A DNA stretch of 14,174 nucleotides, taken from assembly GCA_027623675.1 (NCBI GenBank), contig JAQBVF010000041.1:1-14174 (forward strand), read 5' to 3'. Within the stretch, counting starts at the first letter, position 1. Each line of letters starts with the position of its first letter. The notes under the pieces are model-generated. The model was not told where the DNA came from and searched no databases. It saw only the letters and a list, made by a program, of their open reading frames with translations. Positions 1-6,715 of the stretch are shown piece after piece. Made by a program: the position numbers and the translations under genes. Source of the stretch: Chloroflexota bacterium (lineage in GTDB: Bacteria > Chloroflexota > Dehalococcoidia > Lucifugimonadales > UBA3495).

Positions 1-51
1 ATTACAGTTGGCGGTATCCCAGAGGGAGCTATAGCCAGGAAAGTCAGTTTG

Positions 52-67
52 ATTTGGGAAATCCCGG
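52..67 (+). mobile_element. Possible IS1380-type terminal sequence (ATTTGGGAAATCCCGG) next to the transposase leader
   Basis: Resembles, from memory, the ...GGGAAATCCCGG right ends of IS1380-family elements. It lies ~60 nt upstream of the transposase start. The partner end is not in the window. Confidence 0.4.
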
Positions 68-128
68 ATAATACACCCATATATATTGGTGGTCCTTTCA
101 GATAGCGTAACCACCCTGGAGGCACCTT

Positions 129-860
129 ATGGGTGACGGCAATAAAGCCCCTCTCCGGCTCAAGTTCAACCTCAAAGTCCGCCTGGAGTTCCACGGCGCC
201 ACCATCACCTCCGATGCAGGATTGCTGGCGTGCAGAGAGCTTGATGATGCCCTGGGACTCACCGACACAGCCAACGAACACCTCCAAGAAAGGCGTTCTG
301 GCCGCAACATCCGACATCAACTCGTCCCCCTGCTCAGACAGTCCATATACAGCCGCCTGGCTGGCTACGATGACACCAACGATGCCGAACGACTTGCCCA
401 AGACCCAGCCATGCGGGTCGTCGTGGGATGGCAAGATTCAGATAGACGCGCCGCCAGCACCAATACCCTGAGCCGCTTTGAGACCGAGACCTTGACCCAA
501 GAGAGCAACCTGAAGGGGTTAGCCCAATTGAACACCCAGTGGGTAGAAGGGGCCATGGCCCACACTATCCACCGGCGTGTCATTTTGGATATGGACAGCT
601 CCGAGAGTCCAGTACATGGCCAGCAAGAAGGATCTGCCTACAACGGACACTTCGAGTGTGTCTGCTATCATCCTCTGTTTCTTTTCAACCAATTTGGGGA
701 TTGCGAAGGAGCAACGCTGAGATCTGGCAACGTCCACAGCGCTGATAAGTGGCGAGAACTCCTTGAGCCGGTAGTAAAGGGCTACCAACAGAAGGGGATG
801 CGGTTGCTGTTTCGGGCGGATGCTGCCTTTGCCAAGCCAGAAGTGTACGAATATCTGGAA
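129..860 (+). pseudogene. IS1380-family DDE transposase, 3'-truncated (~244 aa); reading frame continues into unrelated sequence to 1106
   Basis: Typical IS1380 (DDE_Tnp_1_4) motifs: F.G..ITSDAGLL, LLRQSIYSRLAGYDD.NDA..L..DP, ILDMDSSESPVHGQQEGSAYNGHF...CYHPL, LRSGNVHSA, RADAAF. Resemblance stops after EVYEYLE (nt 860). Full-length members are roughly 450 aa, so the C-terminal catalytic part is missing. Confidence 0.9.
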
Positions 861-935
861 ACATACTTGACAAAACGATTTCCAGCTACGTCTAGCAGAA
901 CGTACTTGCCACGCTTTGCTCCGGCATCGACGCTG

Positions 936-1106
936 ATGTACGTGGTCTGTGCGTGGTGCTGCAAGGTGCTACGCACAAAAGACGGCCACGGTCAAACCGG
1001 CGTCAGTCACAGCATCTGCCCGCGGTGCGTGAACGACGCCTGCGCGGCGTCCGCGGTACTGCTCGCGCGGCGTGAGTTGGAAGTACTGAGTACTGAGTAC
1101 TACTGA
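936..1106 (+). CDS. Small Cys-rich putative zinc-finger protein (56 aa; CAWC...SHSICPRC)
   Basis: MYVVCAWCCKVLRTKDGHGQTGVSHSICPRC matches the recurrent CAWC-x(n)-SH(G/S)ICxxC small-domain pattern. It is in frame with the truncated transposase. No clear SD before ATG 936. Confidence 0.55.
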   Translation: MYVVCAWCCKVLRTKDGHGQTGVSHSICPRCVNDACAASAVLLARRELEVLSTEYY

Positions 1107-1119
1107 GTAAGGAGTAAGG
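1082..1119. repeat. Short 7-bp-period tandem repeat (AGTACTG x2-3, then AGTAAGG x2)
   Basis: agtactg agtactg agtact actg agtaagg agtaagg, read directly. It spans the stop of ORF 936-1106 and the SD of the next ORF. Confidence 0.7.
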
Positions 1120-1122
1120 AAA

Positions 1123-1299
1123 ATGTACTTTCTATGCGAAGAATCGACGAAAGAGCTACATGAAGGGTTGTGCGCCGTGTGCTATGTTTGCTTCCTCGAC
1201 GGCTTGGAGAAGCATAGTCGACCACGCCGCACGCGGCGGAAGAAATTGCGAATCACTAATTCAAACGTGGTACGTACCACGAACGAGGTGAAGGTATAA
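1123..1299 (+). CDS. Small Cys-rich, basic hypothetical protein (58 aa; below the ORF-track cutoff)
   Basis: Own translation: MYFLCEESTKELHEGLCAVCYVCFLDGLEKHSRPRRTRRKKLRITNSNVVRTTNEVKV*. Strong SD (AAGGAG 1109-1114, AAGGA 1116-1120). Its TAA (1297-1299) overlaps the next ATG (TAATG). Confidence 0.5.
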   Translation: MYFLCEESTKELHEGLCAVCYVCFLDGLEKHSRPRRTRRKKLRITNSNVVRTTNEVKV

Positions 1300-1646
1300 T
1301 GGAAATAGGCAGAATGAGCGGTAGAATGGAAAAATGTTGGGTATGTAAGGGCAAAACATCGACAGAAAATTCTCGCCGGCATCTTTATCCCACAGGGGTT
1401 AATCAGTATTACGAACTGTGCGAGAAATGTGCGGCTGGAAGGAAGTATGAGCCACTAGAGGGCTTGTCTTGGTTTGGCGTCGGGAATGTTGCGCACTGGG
1501 CGTGGGATAGGGGCGAGCGGAATGCAAATAACTTGTGGCTCTATCCAATCGTCGTCGTGTTGACGGGTGTGATGCTCGTGGCCGGATTCATGGCGATGTA
1601 CGGCGCGTTCTACGGTTTGAAATGGCTTCTCTTTAGCGGCGGGTGA
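1299..1646 (+). CDS. Hypothetical membrane protein with N-terminal CxxC...CxxC zinc ribbon and C-terminal transmembrane helix
   Basis: CWVC and CEKC pairs, hydrophobic LWLYPIVVVLTGVMLVAGFMAMYGAFYGLKWLLF segment, SD GAGGTG at 1285-1290, and TAATG coupling to the upstream ORF. Alternative start at 1326. Confidence 0.6.
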   Translation: MEIGRMSGRMEKCWVCKGKTSTENSRRHLYPTGVNQYYELCEKCAAGRKYEPLEGLSWFGVGNVAHWAWDRGERNANNLWLYPIVVVLTGVMLVAGFMAMYGAFYGLKWLLFSGG

Positions 1647-1761
1647 CGCCTTGTCATAGGCGATGTCTGAGAAAGTATCCAACATATCCGACACGTCCGA
1701 AGGCGTGCCTAAGAAACGAAATTGTGTGGATATGCGGATAAGACACTAAAACGTGTCAATG

Positions 1762-1938
1762 TCAATGACAAGACTTTTTAGGCGTGCCGAACCAGGTCGA
1801 GGCGCGGACATAATTTGCGAACTCTTGGCGTCTGCCACACCGCCGGCAGCTCCCAACCGACGTTGGCCCTACGGCGAGCTCGATTTTCCAGAAGTGCGCG
1901 CAGCTGCCGTCCTTGGGCTTCGATGGCGCATGGCCCAT
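1762..1938 (-). CDS. Small zinc-finger-like protein (58 aa; C-x-H-x-W-x-I-E...GPTS-x-G-x-CxxCG...EF-x-N)
   Basis: MGHAPSKPKDGSCAHFWKIELAVGPTSVGSCRRCGRRQEFANY..., with SD AGGAG just upstream of ATG 1938. I recall this motif type from small uncharacterised Dehalococcoidia proteins (not verified). Confidence 0.7.
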   Translation of the reverse strand: MGHAPSKPKDGSCAHFWKIELAVGPTSVGSCRRCGRRQEFANYVRASTWFGTPKKSCH

Positions 1939-2132
1939 GATCAACTCCTGCAATAAAGATTTCCTTTTCACCGCCCCCTTCGGGCCCCCTTCTCAGCCAT
2001 ATAAAGGGGGTCGGTTTTTCGACCTCGCTTTTGTATTTGGCCGGCATACCGAGCCACCGGCCTAGACTGGATATTCATTGAGCATCGTCATACCGGGTTC
2101 TCTGGCCAGGTTCGGCTTCAAGTGGACTTTGC

Positions 2133-2363
2133 AGCTTAATTCAAGTCGCTGACTTCTTGGCCTTTTTACTCCGCCGTTACGCGGAAATCCAAGAAGAACT
2201 CGTTCCACCTAGATATGCTGATGAGGCGGAACGAATCACGGGATGGATGGAACGCTTCAAGGAACGGTCAATCGGTTCGGCGCATATATACCCGAAACGT
2301 CAACGCACAAAGGCGCATGATCTATTCTTCAATCATGCGCCTCCGTCGATACGCGAACTATGA
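2133..2363 (+). pseudogene. 3' remnant of a DUF3800-like gene
   Basis: Extending ORF 2157-2363 upstream in frame gives SLIQVADFLAFLLRRYAEIQE..., the conserved C-terminal IQ-x-AD motif of DUF3800 proteins. No N-terminal part or start; there is an in-frame stop further upstream. Confidence 0.6.
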
Positions 2364-2373
2364 TTGTTTCGGC

Positions 2374-2581
2374 TCGAAATGACGGCCGCACAGAGCAACC
2401 ACACTCACCACCGGTCATTCTGCTCCTACCGCGGAAGGAGCAGAATATCTTTGCTTGACTTCAAGGTTCCTATCGTTCCGCGGGACCGGCAGTTGGTCTC
2501 CCTTGAGCAACGAGATTCCTCTCTTCGCTCGGAATGACAGACGCGGCGGCACCCACCCAGCAAACTACGGGATGACTCATG
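2374..2581. repeat. REP/MITE-like palindromic element, copy 1
   Basis: Aligns with 6422-6715. Nested inverted repeats: GTCATTC (2414) ... GAATGAC (2532-2538), TTCTGCTCCT/AGGAGCAGAA hairpin, TTGCT...AGCAA, and GGGACC/GGTCTCCC. Confidence 0.85.
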
Positions 2582-2622
2582 TTTGGGGGATTTTGCCCAC
2601 CCACAGTTGCCTAAAATGCCCC

Positions 2623-3711
2623 TCAGTACCGGATGATGCTGCGGGCCACCTCGCCTTGGTCCAGGGCTTCGAAGGCGGTGTTGATGGCGTCTAGCTTGAA
2701 GGTGGCGCTGATGAGTTCGTCCAGCTTGAGGCGGCGGGCCATGTATAGGTCAATCAGCATGGGCATGTCGGCGCGGGGATAACAGGAGCCGTAGGTGCAG
2801 CCCATTAGCACCCGGTCCAGATGAAGGAAGTCGGGGTCGATGGTCAACTCCGCGCCGGCCGGGGCAACGCCCACCACCACCGTGGTGCCGCCGCGTTTGG
2901 TGGTTCCCATGGCCTGGTTGATGGCGTCGGTGGAACCGATGACCTCGAAGGCGTAGTCGGCCATCTCCCCGCGGGTGATCTCCCGGACCCGTTCCGTCAC
3001 GTCCTCGGTTGCCCCGTTCACCAGGTGGGTGGCGCCGAACTGGAGGGCATGCTCCAGCTTGTTGCCGTGGATGTCCACCGCGATGATGGACTCGGCCCCC
3101 GCCAGCACCGCACCCTGAACCACGTTCAGGCCGACGCCGCCGACGCCTATGACCACCACGCTGCTGCCGGGCTTCACCTTGGCCGTGTGGATGACCGCAC
3201 CAACGCCGGTGGGCACGCCGCACCCGATGAGGGCGACCCGGTCCAGCGGAGCGTCTTCGCGGACCTTCACCAGGCTGTCCTCTGGAACCACGGCATACTC
3301 GCCAAAGGTGGAAAGTCCGTTGAAATGGTGCACCTCTTCCGAGCCCTTGCGCAGGCGGGTGGTGCCGTCCAGCATCTTGCCCCGCAGTTGGTAGCGGGCC
3401 TCGCACAGGTTCTGCCGTCCCTTGACGCAGTAGGAGCAGTGGCCGCAGGTGGGCACGAATGACAGCACCACGTGGTCGCCGGGCTGGGCGTAGGTCACAC
3501 CGGGGCCGATCTCCTCGACGATGCCCGCCCCTTCATGGCCCAGCACCACCGGCATGGGATGTTCCCGGTCTCCTTTCATGTAATGCAGATCACTGTGGCA
3601 GACGCCGCTGGCCGTCATCTTAACCAGGACTTCGTGCTGCTTTGGGCCTTCCAGTTCCAGTTCTTCCACGACCAGTGGCTTAAACGCTTCGTAAAGGACT
3701 GCTGCCTTCAT
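2623..3711 (-). CDS. Zn-dependent alcohol dehydrogenase (MDR superfamily, class III/aryl-alcohol-like)
   Basis: GVCHSD and GHEGAG catalytic Zn motifs, structural Zn site CGHCSYC-x7-C, GCGVPTG, Rossmann GVGGVG; 362 aa. Confidence 0.95.
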   Translation of the reverse strand: MKAAVLYEAFKPLVVEELELEGPKQHEVLVKMTASGVCHSDLHYMKGDREHPMPVVLGHEGAGIVEEIGPGVTYAQPGDHVVLSFVPTCGHCSYCVKGRQNLCEARYQLRGKMLDGTTRLRKGSEEVHHFNGLSTFGEYAVVPEDSLVKVREDAPLDRVALIGCGVPTGVGAVIHTAKVKPGSSVVVIGVGGVGLNVVQGAVLAGAESIIAVDIHGNKLEHALQFGATHLVNGATEDVTERVREITRGEMADYAFEVIGSTDAINQAMGTTKRGGTTVVVGVAPAGAELTIDPDFLHLDRVLMGCTYGSCYPRADMPMLIDLYMARRLKLDELISATFKLDAINTAFEALDQGEVARSIIRY

Positions 3712-3743
3712 GATTCCTGACCTCTTGTAATGCTTGGGGGTTT

Positions 3744-3775
3744 AAAAAGGGCGGCGGTCCGCTGGACTGCCGCCC
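3744..3775 (-). terminator. Rho-independent terminator between the Rieske oxygenase and ADH genes
   Basis: Minus strand GGGCGGCAGTCC-AGC-GGACCGCCGCCC-TTTTT: a 12-bp stem with one mismatch plus a U-tract, ~55 nt after the oxygenase stop. Confidence 0.7.
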
Positions 3776-3830
3776 CCGTTCGTTGCGCTATGTCCGTTGC
3801 AATCGCCCGTACTCGTTGCAACCGCATCTT

Positions 3831-5105
3831 CTAGTGTGGGTACATCTGCTCCGAAAGCGCATCTTTCCAATCGGCGTCTTTGGGCAGGATGCCGTCTATC
3901 GCCCGCACGTTGTAGTAGGACTCGCCCAGACCCGGTGGGTCGCCGCCGTCGGCCACCGTGCGTGACGCTCCGATCAGCATCCGACGCGCGATGACGATGG
4001 CCATGTCGCTGGCGGCCAGGGTTTCATTGGAACGGTCGACGATGGGCCCCATGCTTTCCTGGATCGCCTGGTCTTGAACGTTGATCCCTTCGATGCCGGT
4101 GAAAGTCTCGTATCTCTGCACCTGCCGGTCGATCAGATAATCGTTGGACCGGTTGCGCCTGGTCCTGAAATCGGGCAGCATCTCGCCGGGTCCACGGCCA
4201 AGCTGGACTTCCTCTTCCCGGTCGGCGTCGGTCAGAGGCTGGCCGCCAAAGTTGTAGACCCAGTTGTAGACCATGCAACTCTCGTCGTCCATGGGCACCC
4301 AAACGTGCCCGGCGATGAGTTGGCGCGGCTCCTGGCCCTGCAATCCAAACTGCAGGGGACGCAGCTGGTGGAAAGGCATGACGTAGTGATAGCCGCGGAT
4401 AAGGTTGCCTTTTTCTCCGATGTCACGGATGCCCGCATAGCGGTAGCCGTAGTCGGTGCGGTCCACCTCGATCTTGGGCGCATCACCCTTGACCAGGTTG
4501 GTGTTGATCGAGATGCCCGGCCTGGTGGTTGTCTCACTGATGCGCCGGTGAAGGATGGGCGCGTGGGCAGTGTCGATGCCGCCCTCCAGAGCCTGGAGCC
4601 AATTGCATTCCTGCCAGTTCTTGGTGACCAGCCGGTGACTCTCGGGCACCTGGGTCCACTCGAACTTGGGCTCGGCGGGCTGTTTCTCGGCGGGGCCCAG
4701 GTAGGCCCAGACCAGGCCGCCCATCTCGACCACCGGGTAGGATGTGGCTTTGACCTTGGTGTGAAAGTCACTGCCCGCGGGCTCGTTCATCATATCCAGG
4801 CAGTTGCCGCCCACATCGAACTTCCAGCCGTGGTAAACGCAGCGGAGTCCCCCTTCCTCATTTCGTCCGAAGAACAAAGAGGTTAGGCGGTGGGGGCAGA
4901 ATTCGCTGAGCAGTCCGACCCGGCCCTGAGTGTCGCGAAAGGCCACCAACTGCTCGCCAAGGAGCTTGACCCGCACCGGAGGGCAGTCGGGCTCGGGGAG
5001 TTCGCTGGCCAGGAGCGCTGGCAGCCAGTAGCGGCGCATGACTTGGCCCATCGGCGTGTCTTGGTCGGTACGGGTTAGCGTGGCGTTATCTTCTCGAGTT
5101 ACCAT
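3831..5105 (-). CDS. Rieske non-heme iron oxygenase, alpha subunit (phthalate 4,5-dioxygenase/LigXa-like), 424 aa
   Basis: Family-typical N-terminus (MVTREDNATLTRT...TPMGQVMRRYWLP), Rieske motif CPHR...CVYHGWKF, mononuclear Fe motif NWLQALEGGIDTAHAPILH, and C-terminal QDQAIQESMGPI.DRS.E.L..SD. Start moved from 5249 to ATG 5105, which has GGAG upstream. Confidence 0.93.
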   Translation of the reverse strand: MVTREDNATLTRTDQDTPMGQVMRRYWLPALLASELPEPDCPPVRVKLLGEQLVAFRDTQGRVGLLSEFCPHRLTSLFFGRNEEGGLRCVYHGWKFDVGGNCLDMMNEPAGSDFHTKVKATSYPVVEMGGLVWAYLGPAEKQPAEPKFEWTQVPESHRLVTKNWQECNWLQALEGGIDTAHAPILHRRISETTTRPGISINTNLVKGDAPKIEVDRTDYGYRYAGIRDIGEKGNLIRGYHYVMPFHQLRPLQFGLQGQEPRQLIAGHVWVPMDDESCMVYNWVYNFGGQPLTDADREEEVQLGRGPGEMLPDFRTRRNRSNDYLIDRQVQRYETFTGIEGINVQDQAIQESMGPIVDRSNETLAASDMAIVIARRMLIGASRTVADGGDPPGLGESYYNVRAIDGILPKDADWKDALSEQMYPH

Positions 5106-5178
5106 GCTCTTTCGCTCCGTTATCTCCAGACCGTGATTCTGGGTCGGCGCCGCCAAGGGAGCAGCCGATCTTCGAGCA

Positions 5179-5187
5179 ATAATATCA
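5179..5187 (-). promoter_or_regulatory. Possible extended -10 promoter (TG-A-TATTAT) for the Rieske oxygenase
   Basis: Minus-strand TGATATTAT ~75 nt upstream of ATG 5105; no good -35. Confidence 0.35.
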
Positions 5188-5271
5188 CCTACGCCGGTAG
5201 TCCGGAAACGCGAGAATCCAGGGTGATGCGGAGCCGGCCGTCGAATCATTCGGCGTCGCCGATGACATCGG

Positions 5272-6216
5272 CTAGGGACCGAGACCCAATCCTTCGGTTA
5301 GGACGCAGCGGCCGAGCGCTTGGCCCTCCTCCGGGCTCAACGGGGTCACTGCCGTCGCCACGATCTGGGCCGCATCGAATCCCAATTCGTGCACCAAACA
5401 GGCCATGATCCCTGCCGCCAGATTGGCCTCGTCGGAAACGTTCAAGGCCGAAAGGAGCAGGCAACCGCCCAACGCCGCTTCCCGCTCCGGATTGATCGTG
5501 ACAAAGTTCGATACGGCGTCTTGAGCCGGCAGCCCGCCCAGAGCGGCACTGACGCACTCCAACACGCCGTCGGGGAGCGAACCGCCACCAGCGGCCAGGC
5601 CGCTGGATAGCACACAGTTGCCCAGCAAGTTTTCCTGTTCAACGGTCAAAGCGACGGTCCCGGACGCGATATCCCGGGCCTGGTCACCATCCAGTCTTTC
5701 CTCCAGGCAGGCAACTATCGGATCGACTATTCCGGCCAACGCCGACGCCGACCCGGTGAGCACGCAATTGCCCAGAATGGCGGATTCCTCATTCGAGAGT
5801 GGCAGCAGACCCGACGCAGCCACCCGCGCCACCGTCCCGCCCAAAAGCTCCGTCAAACAGGCGAGCACCCCCGGGTCCGCCGCTTGTCCGACACCGAAGG
5901 AAGATGCGACCAGACATTGGTTAAGGGCTACCTTCTGTTCCGGGGTGGTCGTTATCAGTTTGGACAATGCGGCTTCGGCGCCCTCCGGGCCGATGACTCC
6001 CTCCAGGCACGCGGCCACCTGTTCGGCTGGAGTTAGGACGACTGTCGGCTGGGGAGTGGGCGCCGGCGGCCGTGGCGTGGCCGTTGGCCGGGGAGTGGGC
6101 GTCGGGGCAGGCGTCGGTTCCGGCGGTCCACCACATGCGGCGGCCAGGATGGCGAGTACCGCGGCCAAGACCAACGCGACCCTGATAAAGATTGCCCTTT
6201 TTACAGCTTTGCCCAT
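5272..6216 (-). CDS. Lipoprotein with Pro/Thr linker and five C-x30-C helical repeats (314 aa)
   Basis: Signal peptide II MGKAVKRAIFIRVALVLAAVLAILAAA-C-GG, PTPAPTPTPRPTATP linker, and five ~50-aa repeats each with two Cys exactly 30 residues apart. Start moved from 6450 to ATG 6216. Confidence 0.85.
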   Translation of the reverse strand: MGKAVKRAIFIRVALVLAAVLAILAAACGGPPEPTPAPTPTPRPTATPRPPAPTPQPTVVLTPAEQVAACLEGVIGPEGAEAALSKLITTTPEQKVALNQCLVASSFGVGQAADPGVLACLTELLGGTVARVAASGLLPLSNEESAILGNCVLTGSASALAGIVDPIVACLEERLDGDQARDIASGTVALTVEQENLLGNCVLSSGLAAGGGSLPDGVLECVSAALGGLPAQDAVSNFVTINPEREAALGGCLLLSALNVSDEANLAAGIMACLVHELGFDAAQIVATAVTPLSPEEGQALGRCVLTEGLGLGP

Positions 6217-6421
6217 ACGGGAAATTATATGAATCAGCAGATATTCATGCCCACGCCCACAGATACTCAAATCGGCCAGTTTGGACCGGCCAGAGATCGG
6301 GCTGCGCTGATTGAATATGTCGAACATGCCCTTAGAAAAGAGCTGCAGAAAGCATGAGTCATCCCAGAGTTGCATCATGGGCGGCACGCTACCGGGCCAG
6401 ATGCCGGCATTCCGGCGAAAG

Positions 6422-6715
6422 TCGAAATGGCGGTCGCGCCGAGCAACCACACTCGCTACCGGTCATCCTTCTTCCGCGGAAGGAGAAGAATCTCGTTGCT
6501 TGACTTCAAGGATGCTGTAGTTCCGCGGGACCGGCGGTTGGTCTCCCATCAGCAACGAGATTCCTCTCTTCGATCGGAATGACATAGCCCGCCGGAATGG
6601 CATAGCCCGCCGGAATGACGAAGGGGGCCGGGATGACGATGGCGACCGGAATGAAAAGGCGGTCGGGATGACGAAAGCGGCGGCATCCATCCAGCAAACT
6701 CCGGGGTGACCCATG
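6422..6715. repeat. REP/MITE-like palindromic element, copy 2, with an internal ~90-bp tandem expansion
   Basis: 6422-6584 aligns with 2374-2539, and 6677-6715 aligns with 2543-2581. Contains a 13-bp inverted repeat GAATCTCGTTGCT/AGCAACGAGATTC. Confidence 0.85.
6575..6672 (+). repeat. Mini-array: six copies of CGG(A/G)ATGAC at 18-bp period with variable 8-9-nt spacers
   Basis: Units start at 6575, 6593, 6611, 6629, 6647 and 6664. Spacers are ATAGCCCGC, ATAGCCCGC, GAAGGGGGC, GATGGCGAC and AAGGCGGT. Confidence 0.85.

Noticed and set aside
867..900. TTGACA promoter at the IS truncation junction
   Set aside because: No acceptable -10 hexamer at 16-18-nt spacing.
2379..2537. 52-aa ORF in repeat copy 1 (MTAAQSNH...RDSSLRSE) that is also open in copy 2 (6427-6582, 51 aa)
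   Set aside because: Differences between the copies are mostly non-synonymous and neither has an SD. The open frame is more simply explained by recent common ancestry of a non-coding repeat.
2364..2581. Repeat copy 1 as a DUF3800-associated RNA motif
   Set aside because: The second copy has no DUF3800 gene nearby and the architecture is that of a dispersed palindromic repeat. An Rfam scan would settle it.
5106..5249. N-terminal extensions in the ORF track (Rieske from 5249; also lipoprotein from 6450 and MaoC from 11955 and 12281)
   Set aside because: Family N-termini, signal peptide position and SD motifs support the downstream starts (5105, 6216, 12096, 12602).
6575..6672. CRISPR array
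   Set aside because: The 9-nt repeats and 8-9-nt spacers are far below CRISPR dimensions, and there are no cas genes or leader. Reported as a mini-array instead.
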